Shown here: piece after piece, positions 25,570 to 38,942 of the stretch | Numbering within the stretch: the stretch's first letter is position 1 | How the letters are laid out: each line of letters starts with the position of its first letter | DNA from: Eledone cirrhosa | Lineage: Eukaryota | NCBI GenBank assembly: GCA_964016885.1 | Contig: OZ024740.1 | Location: 395,994,001-396,058,000 of the forward strand | Direction: 5' to 3' | DNA: 64,000 nucleotides | Notes under the pieces: generated by a model | Told to the model about the DNA's origin: nothing | Database searches by the model: none | Seen by the model: only the letters and a program-made list of their open reading frames with translations | Translations under genes and position numbers: made by a program

Positions 25570-26155
25570 TTGTCATTCATGTTACCGACCCTGTGCCGTC
25601 CCAGACACCCTATTCATGGGGAAAACAGTATCTTGGACAACGCGCTAGACACCATGGAACACCTACCTGTCATGGAGAAGCTAGATGCATTGCCGACTGC
25701 TGAAGAACTAACTGTGCAGAGGAATTGTTGGCTTACCTGCTGTGAAGGCACCAGGATCTGATGGCCCCCACCCTCCCCAGGTCATCAGGTGTGCAAAGGG
25801 AGTACTACTTAGCCACTTGTTGAAACTACTGTGTTCAGTGCTGGGAAGAGGATACAGTCCCGCAAGGCATGAGAGACTGCAACATTATCACCCAAGGGGA
25901 CAGAAGCGACTGCAATAGCTACCGAGGCATCTCACTGGTAAGTATAGTTGGGAAGGTCATTGGCCGCATGGCCTTGAACAGACTACAGAAAATCGCTGAG
26001 AGCGTATACTACGAATCTCAGTGTGGTTTCAGGTCAGAATGCGGCACCATCAACATGATATTCTCCCTTTAATAGCTACAGGAGAAGTGCCAAAAGCAAA
26101 GGCAACCACTCTACATCACCTTCATCGACCTTACGAAGGCATTCGATCTAGTTAG
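25570..26155 (+). mobile_element. RTE (BovB-like) LINE RT fragment
   Basis: GDRSDCNSYRGISLVSIVGK, ESQCGFR, MIFSL*.LQEKC, FIDLTKAFDLVS. Confidence 0.8.
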
Positions 26156-26238
26156 TAGTATAGCAAAATACTAGTGTGTATGAATGTAACAAGGAGACAT
26201 GGTTTGTGTGTATAATATTTAATTAACAATCATGGATA

Positions 26239-26471
26239 TGTAGTAAGACGCCTCACGCCTCTTGATAGAACAACGCTGGTTGAGAACGCGAGAAAAAAAA
26301 ACAGACAGCCACTGGAAAGCAGACTGATCACACGCCAGAAACCAGCCTCTGTACCACAACATTGTTTGTGCTACATCAAAAATAAACATATATTTCATCT
26401 CTAATATCTGCTGTTGAAATCATTATTATGTCACTCGTGTTTCAATAACATCTATTACTAATACTGCTAAA
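26239..26471 (+). repeat. 5' LTR
   Basis: TGTAGTAAG...ACTGCTAAA; direct repeat of 29251-29482. Confidence 0.92.
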
Positions 26472-26472
26472 G

Positions 26473-26490
26473 TGGTGACCCCGACGTGAT
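26473..26490 (+). other. Primer binding site complementary to the tRNA-Trp 3' end
   Basis: TGGTGACCCCGACGTGAT is the reverse complement of the eukaryotic tRNA-Trp end ATCACGTCGGGGTCACCA. Confidence 0.85.
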
Positions 26491-27249
26491 GTGCGATCGA
26501 TTGTCGCACTTGGTGGTGAATATCGTTAATTCTCTGTAAAATCGTAATTTTCCGGATTTTAGTCAACGGATGTTTATGAAAACTTCTGCAGTTCTATTAG
26601 TCAAATTTTAAATTCCCTTTGCGTGTAGATTTTAGACTTGTCAACTTGTGACATTTTCTAATTATTTATTAGAAATAGCCTAATTACTGAGGCATTTGTA
26701 CAATGTTAGTTTGTTCTCGATGTACCGGACTAAAATCAAATCTCTGTTGCTTATAAAATGAAATTGATAAAGATGAATCATTGACGTCTTCCCAAAATTA
26801 TGACTAAGACTGATGCATAGCAGTGGTGCAGTAACTGTTAATGAACTTAGGACATTGATGTAACAATATATAGCGTATCCATCATAGTCTTAGACAAAAG
26901 GTCAAGTTGTAGACGATAGATGAAACAACCTTAACGCAATGGTGGATTGTGAGGACAAACCTGTGTGTTGTGAGCTTTTTAAGTTTTTAGAAATTGGTAT
27001 TTCAAGTTTCAAATATATAGCCGTCCATTGTTTAGCAGTTGGGTCACGTTACCATTAACGCCAGATTCTTATTCAAAAGCATGGATACAGTCCACATGGA
27101 GACGAGAGACAGTCCTCATGGAGATTGATGGTATCTGCTGTAGTAGCGGTAGCGATGGTTATTTCCATTAACAATTTGGCCCACCTATATTTTCATTTAA
27201 GTTAACTCCACTGTTGGTGAAAATGACTTAAATGGCACTACAACGCTAT

Positions 27250-29025
27250 TGGCTTATGCTTCGTTACTGACTCACCCGGTACCCGGTGCAAAGCTAACGC
27301 TTTGTGTTGATGCATCGGATATCGCTGTGGGCGCAGTACTACAGCAAAACATCAATGGTTACCAGCAACCGCTGGAGTTTTTTTTCCAGAAAGCTGAAAC
27401 CTGCTGAGACGCGCTACAGCACCTTTGGAAGAGAGCTTTTAGCCATGTATTTGGCCGTGAAACATTTTTCACATGTGCTAGAGGGTAGACAATTTACTAT
27501 CCTCACTGACCATAAACCATTGACTTTTGCTTTGAGAGCGAAGGCTGATAAATACTCGCCCAGAGAGACGAGACACTTTGATTTCATCTCGCAATATACG
27601 AGTGATATCCAGCACATTCCGGGTTCACTAAATACAGCGGCCGATGCTTTGTCCCGCTTACCCGTGACAGCGATTTCGTCACCCTCTGACATAGATCTGA
27701 CTCGTTTGGCTGCGGATCAGCCTCCCCTTGAGTCATTGGATGTTACATCGCCTGAGTTTGCGAATTGCGAGATGAAATACTTGCCTCTGTCGACTGCAGT
27801 TGGCCAAATTCTCTGCGACGTCTCTTTGGACGTGCCTAGGCCCTTCGTTCCAGAGAATCATCGTCGGACCGTGTTTCTGGCATTACATAGTATCTCGCAT
27901 CCAGGATCTTCTGCCACAGCAAAGCTCATATCAGCTAGATTTTTCTGGCCAAATATGAGGCGTGAAATTGCTGCTTGGTGCCGTTCCTGCGTCGCTTGCC
28001 AGAGATCAAAGGTCCATCGACACGTCAAGGCTCCCCTGGGTACCTTTGCTAACCCAGATGCGCGTTTTTCACATATTCATATTGACATAGTGGGACCTTG
28101 GCCTGTCAGCGATGGTTTTTCTTATCTGCTGACCGTCATTGACCGTTTTTCGAGATGGCCTGAGGCCATCTCCTTGAAAAACATCACCGCGGAGACAACA
28201 GCACGTGCTCTTGTGTCTGGATGGATCTCTCGTTATGGAGTTCCATCCACAATAACTACCGACCGTGGACGACAGTTCGAGTCGAGCCTTTTCCTCGAGC
28301 TGTCAAAATTAATTGGTGCTAAACGCATTAGAACTACGGCGTACCATCCCGCTTCTAATGGTATGGTGGAGCGTTTTCACCGACAACTGAAGGCCTCCTT
28401 AATGGCCTCAATGGACTCGGCGCATTGGAGCGAGTACCTCCCTATTGTGCTACTAGGGATTCGGTCAACGGTGAAGGTCGACTTTGGATTTTCACCGGCC
28501 GAAGTACTGTACGGTGCCCCTCTGACGTTGCCCGGGCAAATGCTTGCCCCTATCGATCTTGATGCCCAAGATCACGCTTCCTACGTGTCCCGTTTGCGCT
28601 CCTATTTCCAGGATTTGCCGCCAATGGACACTAGGAAACAAACTGTCAAGACTGCTGTCCCGAGGGATATTGCCTCGTGGACGCATGTCTTTGTAAGGAA
28701 AGATTCTGTGAAGCCCCCGCTCACACAGCCTTACACTGGACCTTACCGTGTCTTAGCGCGCTCGGCTAAGCATTTCACGTTAGATATTAAGGGGTCCAGG
28801 GAGACAGTTACAATAGACAGGCTTAAGCAGGCGCACCTTGACACGGACGCTGTGGTTCCTGATCCACGAACCCCTTCGTATTTGCCTGTTGAGCGAACGC
28901 CTGTTCCTGAACCACCATCATCGCCTGTCCCTACACCACCACCATTGCCACGTTACAAGACCACGACCCGTTCAGGTCGTAGGGTCCACTGGCCCAAAAA
29001 AATTTGCAGCACCGTCTATATTTAG
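27250..29025 (+). pseudogene. Gypsy pol remnant: RNase H and integrase
   Basis: [14 protein letters not shown] in an upstream frame, a frameshift at the T run near 27378, then FFSRKL...RELLA, TDHKPL, ADALSR, HHCC zinc finger, [33 protein letters not shown] and PYTGPYRV. Confidence 0.9.
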
Positions 29026-29250
29026 ACTATGTTAGCTGCACCTTTTTTTTGTCTCTGTGTTTCTGCTTTTTCTTTGCCTTGTTTTTTATGCATGCATGTT
29101 GTTTTTTTTTTTAACATTTTTCAAATCCTTATTCTGGATTCAATTTTTGGTAGAGCGAATAGCTCCCCCTTGTTGCATTGTTCGCCATCTTACTCCACAT
29201 GTGAGTAATGACATCGATTTTCGATGATTTGAAAATCTGGCAGGGGATAC

Positions 29251-29482
29251 TGTAGTAAGACGCCTCACGCCTCTTGATAGAACAACGCTGGTTGAGAACG
29301 CGAGAAAAAAAACAGACAGCCACTGGAAAGCAGACTGATCACACGCCAGAAACCAGTCTCTGTACCACACCATTGTTTGTGCTACATCAAAAATAAACAT
29401 ATATTTCATCTCTAATATCTGCTGTTGAAATCATTATTATGTCACTCGTGTCTCAATAACATCTATAACTAATACTGCTAAA
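29251..29482 (+). repeat. 3' LTR
   Basis: Direct repeat of the 5' LTR. Confidence 0.92.
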
Positions 29483-31802
29483 GAACAGTATAGTTGACAT
29501 GTCAAAGAAATAGATGAAAGAATGAAGCAAAGTTATTAGTTACCGTTTGATTGCCAAACGAACGTGGCTGGCAGAAGACGCCTGGATAAAGACTTCTGGC
29601 GAAAGCCAGGAGGCGCCTGACCGAGTTCTCTCACCTTGTTTTAATATGAACATTTACATGTGTGTGCGTTTGCACTCCTATCTCGGTTTATATTTTCTTC
29701 AATACGAGTAGAGTTTTCTTTTCCCACCGTCGAAGGTTTCTGCCAAAAGCGTTAGACTTCACTTCTTCCTCAAGACAAAACTTATTCCACTGTTTAAATT
29801 ATTTGTAATAAATAAACTTATATGGTACCTTATAATAACATCGAATGACCGAAACCGTTTACTAAACCGGGTGCCGGAAATACAATACTTTAAAAAAAAA
29901 AAATAATATACGCATAATTTTTTATTTATGAATGTATTTATCTCATTACAATTAATTTAGAATCATATAGTTAATTAATTTACAAATTAAATAAAAAGAA
30001 AATATATGATTCAGTTATTCCATCAAATCTTCTTGACTACTGGAAATCAGTGTTATTGATCGAAACGAATTCTTTTCTTTTAAACCCGCCTCTCTGCACC
30101 GTCATTGAAACAAAGGTAAAAATGGTATGATAATAGTAATAATTAAAATTATTATTTTTACTACTTCTACGAAATATTAATAGTTTGCCTTCTTTATAAA
30201 TATTTTCCATTCACATGTATCTATTTTCAAACGAATGGTTTTTCGTATTACTCTATTGATGTTTTCATTCAGTTTATTGCTGATCATATTTCCACATACA
30301 CGTTCCCGTCGAATAAAACAAAATTGTATTTAAACGTTTATTTAAGATAGAAATTGTAAGTTAATAAGCTAATCCCCCTCCCATTTTTATTCATTTTGAT
30401 CGATATCAAGCCGACACCTACTTAAATGACAGCACATTCTGTTAAATCAACTTTTATCGCTATATTTAATCCCAGTTATAAGGGTTCAGTTTTTGCAATT
30501 GTCAGACACTAATTATTTTGTAACAGAGTCTATTCTAAGCCATTCATTACAAATTATATAATGTTTAAGATTTGCAAAAGGAACTAAAAAAAATCTGAAA
30601 GAAGAGAAAAGGAAAATTGGAAAAAAAAGATGCATACTCAGATACTCACTAGACTTACTAGAGGGATTGCCGGTGTTGCTGTCTAAAAATATTTGAAGCA
30701 AGCGAAGACACGGCGTTAACCAAGATCCCCCATGAGCAATAACTATCTCAGCAAAGCGAGCCGTCAATAACGACAAAAACCTTGCTATTAGCGATCCAGC
30801 TACGCAAAATAACGCCCCCTTCCATAAAAAAAACCAAGACGATTATATTTGTGTGTATAGTTCTCTCTTTCTCTTAATTTTGAGTTTATTTTTAACCAGC
30901 AAGCTTATAAAGAAAGGAAATTCTTGTCTCTTTGAATCGTAAGGATTTTGAAGGTTCCAGATATCGCGGTCATTTGTAGCTTATGAATTAAGCGTAGTTA
31001 TAGTTTGGTGCAAGCAAGCTGGTATATAACCTGCAGCTACAATAATGACGGGTATGAAACTGAACATGTATAACGGATTTAATACTAGGATGGATGGTGG
31101 TGTTGTAGTGTTTTTTCGGTTGTTGTGTGTGTACTCACTTGTAGATTGCTCAGTGGTGTGATCACTGATGTGTAAAGTGTAGACGAAGGATGATCGGTGT
31201 GCCTGGTACAGGGTGACCACAGATTACGGGTGTGCAAGTAAGTGAGTAACTGTTCATTATGATTCCTTGGGTGAGTGATTTACCCTGATCACATAGGTGA
31301 TGAAAACACAATAATACTGTTCAGCAATTTTTTTTTTCTGCTGGCCTAAGTTCGAGACCTGTTCTTGAATAATTTTGGGTCGTTGGGTTTAAAATGACAA
31401 TACCTTTTTTCTACCACGTCAAGTTTTTTTAGGATTGAGCAATTCGCCCCGTGCTTCACTCAGATGAAGTACTAGTACCTGTTTACACATAACTTCCTTC
31501 ACTGAACGAGGAAAGTGATATACAGGATTTTTTCAGTCAGTGCAAAACATGGCGAGGTAATGAGTAGTATAGAGAGTCCTAAGCCAGATAAATCAAACAA
31601 AAGAGTCAGTTATCGATGTTTTGTCAATAACTACGAATATCAAACACCCAGAATATAAATATGTGAATGGGATTGTATGTAAGTAAGATGCATCTGAGTG
31701 TTCAGTAGCTCTGAGTACTGACCAGTCAGTGATGACCTATCCAACCCTTGCTAGCAAAGAAAACAGACCATAAACAATGATGATGATGTTAATATATATA
31801 TA

Positions 31803-32435
31803 TCATCATCATCATCATCATTATCGTTTAATGTCCATCTTCCACGCTAGCATGGGTTGGACGGGAGTTGAGGCAAGGTTGGTCGGGTGACCATGTCTTG
31901 CTCATATAGGATTATCTGGCAGGTTTTCTATGGCTGTATAAAAGCTGACTTTGCACAATTACACACTTCGCTAAGGCGATGACACAGGACCGTGATCTCT
32001 GGTGCTTCACAGTATTACAGAAAACCCGCCCTCTCATATGCACAAGCTAAGGTATGTCTAGTATGCAACACCTTCCCTACCATCACTCCTCCCATACACC
32101 CTTGCTGTATTCATCCCACCCTTGTACCTACCTCCCCATTTCCCCAGACACCTTCCCCACCCCACCCACGGAAGTCTCCAACACATACCATAAAGTGGTC
32201 CCCCTGGAGCCATGACTAAAGGACCCAGTCCACACTATAAAGTGGTCATGTAGGTGTCATGACAAAAAGCATCCAGCACACACTGTAACTGGGGTTGGCA
32301 TTAGGAAAGGACATCCAGCTGTAGAAACCAAGCCAAAATCAGTTCTGTGTGAGTGAAACATGGTCCTTCGACCTGGATCTCTCACAACAGGGACAGCCCA
32401 TCCTACTCATGCTATCATGGAAAATGATAGCATGA
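31803..32435. mobile_element. RTE 3'-UTR-derived fragments in both orientations (~31803-31940 minus, ~32170-32435 plus)
   Basis: (CAT)n tail and the CACTGTA...TTAGGAAAGGACATCCAGCTGTAGAAACC segment shared with the RTE 3' UTR. Confidence 0.6.
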
Positions 32436-34454
32436 GTATATTTATTTATATATAAACATACATATATATATATATATATTAGTGGCTGCTGGTCACCCTT
32501 TTCTGGATATTTTACCCAATTTTCTAACTTCTGTGTTTGGATTTCAATGTTTCAAATATTTGTTCCAAGGAAATATGATCAATAGAAAGGATAGACATAG
32601 TGTAAGATGTACATAGGTACCTAGTTATGGGTATAATGCAGATGAAAGACTGTGTTATAGGACTAGATGTTGGGCATTGGTAGGTGTGTTGAATAGATAA
32701 TAGCTGAAGCTTGGCAAGGGGAGAAGTAAAAATGACTAAGCCATATGTGTGAGATAGATAAAGAGATGATGTCAAATGATAGATGATATCTTTCACAAAA
32801 AGGGGAGAGAGCTAGGATTAACTATGGGGGATGATATTGGAGATAGGCTGAGAAATAAATAGATGATTGAGGGAGGGGTGCAGTAATAATGACAATGGTC
32901 AGAATATCAATAAAAGTGAAAGTAGATATATTTTGTTTGGGGTTAGAGGATGTTGGCTTGATTTTGTAAAGTAACAATTAAAATACTATCCCCCAGGATC
33001 TTAAAAACACAAAGCCCTAACCTTTATTCAGCAAAAATACCAACCATTGTTTTTCATTGAAAGGAGACTCTTCCATCAATTAAGCAGTTTAAAAAAATTA
33101 ATGAGAATGATGATTGTCATCATCATCAGCAAAATATAAGGAGATTAACATGGATTATTTCACATAATCTGCCATATTGTTCCTTTGTACAATAAAATGA
33201 TTAATAAAAACAAGAAAAATATTTGATAAATCATTTGTTTTAAAGTATTTCATCATCAAAGGGTTTTAGAAGTTGGCTTATTTGTTGCTTTACATTCACT
33301 TAACTATTTATGTCAAACATTTTTCTGCCTTTTCATGTTTTTCTATGGGTGCCGACAACTTAAGAAATCTTTTTATGTTTTCAATAGTATATTTGAAACA
33401 ATGAAGAACATTATATTCTTAACAGTCTTTCAATTGTCATTATCATAATGTAGTTGCGGTGAATTTGCAGTAGCGGGTTGGACACCATGCTTTGCAACAT
33501 AGAGTTATGGCCCTTAGTTCAAATTCCGCTGAGGTTAACTTTGCCTTTCCTTCTTACGGGGTCAATAGAATAAGGTACCAGTTATGCACTGGGATAATTG
33601 CAAAAAGTAGAAATAATTTTCATAATGAGAAGCTCACACCAGCAATTTATATGCAAATACTAAAAATTGCTAGTTTTGAAAAATGATCCAATTAAATTAG
33701 TTTTAAAATGTATCCTTTTTTAATGAAATATGGGAAATATAGAAGTTTGCTGGAATTGGTGAAGAATGGAATGATTGAGTATGATATAATGGATGTGCAG
33801 TCTGAACTTTTAGCAGTGTTAACTTTTGAGCACAAATTAATTGAAAAGTAGGTGAGCATATTGAGAATGTGTGTTCATATATACTGGAGAGTTGACACCA
33901 ATAGCACGAGCATACATGTTATATAGTTAGATGAAATAATCTTAAGTGATGGAGAAAGATATCCAAAGTAATGTGATACCTTGGAATTAGTAGTTAAATT
34001 GGATCCTATAGAAAACAAGACAAGATTCAGATGCATTGATATATGATGTATTATATATACATACAACAAATGCTAACATAGGAAAATATTTTTAGCAAGC
34101 CAATGAACTTAATTGCTAGCTGACCATATCTAATATTCAAGTGAAAAAGTAGCAAAGGTGCTTGCTGTTTTTAAATATTTACTATTGTATTTTCATAGTA
34201 AACACTTTACCTCACATAATATCGAATATACGAGATTTTGATATTATTTATTTTGAGAACAATACCTTAGCATCAGTATGAGTGACCAGTTATGACTGGT
34301 TTGAACAGAAAGAGGAGAGACAATTCTGGCTGGATATGGCTGATTTAAATGCTAAAGGGTTAATGTAGTTTTTGAATGTTTGCTATATTTTCTATTACAA
34401 TTAATTTTTCTTTATTTTTATTGCCAAAAAACATTATACCTGATGATTTGAAAG

Positions 34455-34559
34455 ATGGCTGAAAATGTATTATTACCCAAAGCCGCTGGCCAATTCATAT
34501 CAGAAACTAGTAAAGATGTGAAAATATGTCCCAAAGGTGTGGAAAAAGTTGCTAATTTG
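34455..34559 (+). CDS. QNG1: QNG1 coding exon 1
   Basis: [35 protein letters not shown], donor GTAAGT. Confidence 0.85.
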
Positions 34560-37500
34560 GTAAGTATAATTATTTTCTAAGCAATTTACTCATACAACTT
34601 CAGAAAACTTATATAATGTAGTGAATGAATAGATATATTATAAAACTGTAGACCTAAAATACATAGATTCAAACATTGTCACTGATAATATATTGTATGA
34701 ACCCTTGCTCTGTTTGCTTCACTAAACCTATATAAGAATCAAAAGTACACTCTCAACTTCATGGTTAAGTGGTTGGTTTAAAAGGTTTGCATATTCTGTA
34801 TTATTTTTATAATTCTTTTTAGAGTCTTACCAAACCTGATTGGCAAGCCTTTAGGTGTTATTTGTTTGTCCTGACACCTTACCTCCCTAAATTTCTTTTT
34901 AAATGTTTAAACCATTTTTATTCTTTTTTCTGCTAATACTTTTCTAATATGAATGGAAGGATATTTAAAAACTTTGTACAGCAAGTGGCTACAGGAAATG
35001 AGCGCTACCAAATTCTGGGAGGGCTTGGTAGAAACAGTAGACAATTTCTGCTACCTAGGTGACCGAATTAGCAGCAGAGGTAGGTGTTCTGAAAGTACAG
35101 TAACCAGGGTAAGAACATGATGGAAGAAGTTCAGGGAGCTACTACCACTGCTAGCTGCAAAAGGCTTTTCCCTCAAAATGAAAGGCTAACTGTATGATGC
35201 ATGCATACGAACAGCAATGTTACATGGTAGTGAAACCTGAGCATTATGTGCAGAAGACTTGCGAAGATTAGAAAAAAATGAAGCTTGCATGCCCTGATGG
35301 ATGTGTAATAGTAATATACGCGAACGGCAAAGCATAAGCGAATTGAGAAAGAGAGACTAAGCAAATGGTGTGTGCAGGAGAGGAGATTACGTTGGTATGG
35401 ACATGTGATGCATATGAAGGATGACAGCTGCATAAAAAGGTGCAGAGCACAAAAAGTCGATAGAAGCCTTGGAGCGGGGAGACCCAAGAAGACCTAAAAT
35501 GAGGTGATAAAAGCTGACCTTGCCCAATTGCACCTCTCAAAGACAATGACACATGACCGAGACTTCTGGCATTACGCAGTAATACAGAAGACCCGACTTC
35601 CCACAGGTACAAACTGAAGCATATAGACAGTATGCTCCCACTATAAAGTTGTTGTGTAGGTATCACAACAAACACCCAGCCCACACTGTAAAGTGGTCGT
35701 GTTGGTGCCATGGTAAAATAGTACCCAGTACTCACTGTAAATGAGGTTGGTGTTAGGAAGGGCATCCAACTAGAAATCAAGCCAAAATCAGTTCTGTATG
35801 AGCAAGGCATGGTCACCTGAGCTGGCATTGCCCACAACAGGACAACCTGTCCCACCCATGCTAGCGTGGAAGAATGGACATAAAACAGTGATGATGATGA
35901 TTTACATCATTTGATGCAGGCATTGGTAGAGTAACCAGTTACTCTTAGTTAAAACATTTATCAATAACATACAAGGCAGCCATTTGAGTGGTCATCATTT
36001 ATGCCTGGGTAAGTAATATGCATCACATATGGTATGAGTCACTGCTGTAAGCTCTAAATTGACAAGTATTTCATTAGTTTGCAGTGATAATTTTTAATTT
36101 TCCTACAGGAAAAGCTACTAGTGATAGAATGTCCAAGTGTTTTATTTTTTCACTGAATCTCTGATCTGGAAAATATTACTTTCATATCAGTTCACTTATA
36201 TTCAGCCTTTCATGCAAGTTAATGTTGTACATCTGACAGACCAAGTCAGTCCAACTCATACTTCTCCAGCCTTTAGAAATATTTTATGTTTAATGCCAAT
36301 GCCTCACTACCATAAAGCAAAACACTGCTTTTTGTTTGGTGAATAAAAAGAGCTGCAATTTTCTGAATAATATTCCATTTTTTCATACACAAGCTTTCAC
36401 TAATTATGTTACTTTGCAAGAATTATCTACAAGTAATTCATCCAGTCCATCAGAGTAGCCCATCGTCTTGATTTCATAAGTATAATCTCTTTGATACACC
36501 TTAAGACTTAGTTCACCAAAAATTTAGCAGAAATCACATTGTCTTCTGTATGCTTATTGTTAGGACTGACTATCTAATAAGTTCTTATGAATTTCATTGT
36601 ACATATTCTGCACTGTTTACCGTGCCAGACATGATCAAAGATTTTGGTGGTGCTAAGGGCAACAATATTATTTTTACCAAAGCTCCTATGAGCAAAATGC
36701 CACTGGTATGTGGTGTTGGATATTAGACAACTGAAGCCAATAACACTGCTTTCACCAAGTTTCTCAAGAGCAAGGAACCACCAGTGAATGACATAGGAAA
36801 GTAAGTTCTTGGTAAATTTGATAAACTTGTTAAAGGGGTAAAGAGCTTCAAGAGAAGATTGTTGTTAATGGCTATCTTCATCACCTTTGGAATGTTGAAA
36901 GTGAGTATGATATGATAATAGTTGGTAGGGGAATAAAGGACACAAAACATAGACATGTTTGTGTGTGTGTTTACTTATTTAGTTTATTTAATGCTTATAC
37001 ATTATTTATATCTTCTCCTTTTACATTGTTTTTTTAGGCTATTATTTGAGATCATTTTTTTTTCATTAAACTTATGGATTAATGGGGCAGAGTTATTTTT
37101 ATTGCCAAATTAAAGCAAACAGACTTTGGTTTTGAAGTGATACTTTTCTAGACCTGTCACCATTACAGTATATAGAACATTCACTTTCTTTTATTTAGAA
37201 ACTATTGCTAACTATGTTATATATACAATCTGTTTTTTTTTAATAATTTATATATTTCCACACTGTAAATGTGGTTAGTGTTAGGAAAGACATTCAGCTG
37301 TAAAATACCCGGCCAAATTTACAGTCCTCGTTGGAGCAAGGTATGGTGTGGTCAACTCTGGCCAGACTTGTCTCCCATCTTAGACGACTCATTTAACTCA
37401 TGCAAGTATGGAAAAATGGATGCTAAATGGTGATAATGATGATGATATTTATATATTTTTATATATGTTAAGTCATTTATTTAATTGATCTTCAGCTTGA

Positions 37501-38911
37501 GCTAAAAGCTGCAAAGGATCAAACTGTTACAATAAACATCTATACATACTGTCACATAGCAACCAAGTCATACTCCTTTTTTTTCATTAACCCCATACTT
37601 AGTACATTAATCCAGAGAGATCAAGACGATCTAAATGGAATTTGAATTACAAACACATAGCCCTAACCTTTACATCAACTCTACTGTCCTGTTTATTTAT
37701 ATATTTATATAATGTTTTGAAATTCTTTGCCATTTAACTAGGTTCTTGCTCTTATTCTTTGGAAATTTAGATGTATAAAGCTGTGAAGAATAAAAGTTTT
37801 GATATAAAAAACTGGAAAAAACATAAACTTAACCCAAAGACAATGGATTTCAGTGCTGTCGATTGGTAAATTGTATTTTGGCTTCACTATAACATTTAAA
37901 TATATAATTTATATATCCTTTTGACCATGTTACTAAATATATATTTGTATTTGTGTCAGTGTGTGTTTGTGCATGTGTATATGTTCATATGAGTGCATGT
38001 GTGTTTGGAAGTCGCCATTGCAATTTTGTTTTGTCTGTCCATCCATACAATAGAACATCAGTCGTTATCTCTCTCCTTGAATTTTGTTCTGTCTGTCTTG
38101 TCCTTCCCCTTGCATTTTTGTGGCTTTATTGCTTTGCTTGAGGTGAAAAAAATTCTAAAAGATGGAATAAAGAGTCAGCAGCTCCTTACCACAATGGCTA
38201 ATGCATTTGCATGGCATTTGAGAGATGCAGGGTTCAGTTCCTCGCCACCACTTCTGTCCACGTTTTTCTCAACTATTTTTTATACTGATTGACTATTTTT
38301 ACAGTCATTTTCTCAGAGGCTGAACTGCAAACTGATCCAACCAATGTTAACATAGTGAAATGGTATAAAACCAGATGATAGTAATTTCTTAATGGGCTAC
38401 TGATGATAATAAGGGTTTTTAACAGGCACAGCGTTACATATTTTTGGAAAGAGGAAGTGTTGATTAAATTGACCCCAATACTTCAGTGGTACTTTTTACT
38501 GAACCCCAGATGATTGAAAGGCAAAGTTAACCTTGGTGGTTTTTGAACATAGAATGTAAAGTGAAACAACACAAAGCATTTTGTCCAAAACTCTATCAAT
38601 TCTACCAATCCACTATACTCCAATAGTTATAATTACACACATACACAAACACACATATATATATGCTTTTGTTGTTGTGTGTATCAGGCTTGGAATAAAT
38701 ACACTGTATCTCTGCATGTTGTTAGAGGCAACTCCAAATGTTGGTGTCAGGAAGGTCATCCAGTTGTAAAAAATTGCTTCAAAAGGATACCATGATGAAT
38801 ATGTAGTCAATGAATCTCATCTATGCTTATGTTACTGTCTGGGTGAGGCTGGATGTCTTAGATGTTTAATTATGATGATGAATATATTATATTTATATGT
38901 ATGTATATGTT

Positions 38912-38942
<31 letters not shown>

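Larger units (their letters stand above)
26239..29482 (+). mobile_element. Internally deleted Ty3/Gypsy LTR retrotransposon
   Basis: LTRs at 26239-26471 and 29251-29482 (I count 4 substitutions and 1 indel), PBS, purine-rich tract GGCAGGGGATAC before the 3' LTR, RNase H and integrase coding region; no gag, protease or RT recognised. Confidence 0.92.

Noticed and set aside
27304-29025. Domesticated integrase host gene
   Set aside because: It is still flanked by near-identical LTRs, a PBS and a purine tract, and the listed ORF start comes from a frameshift.
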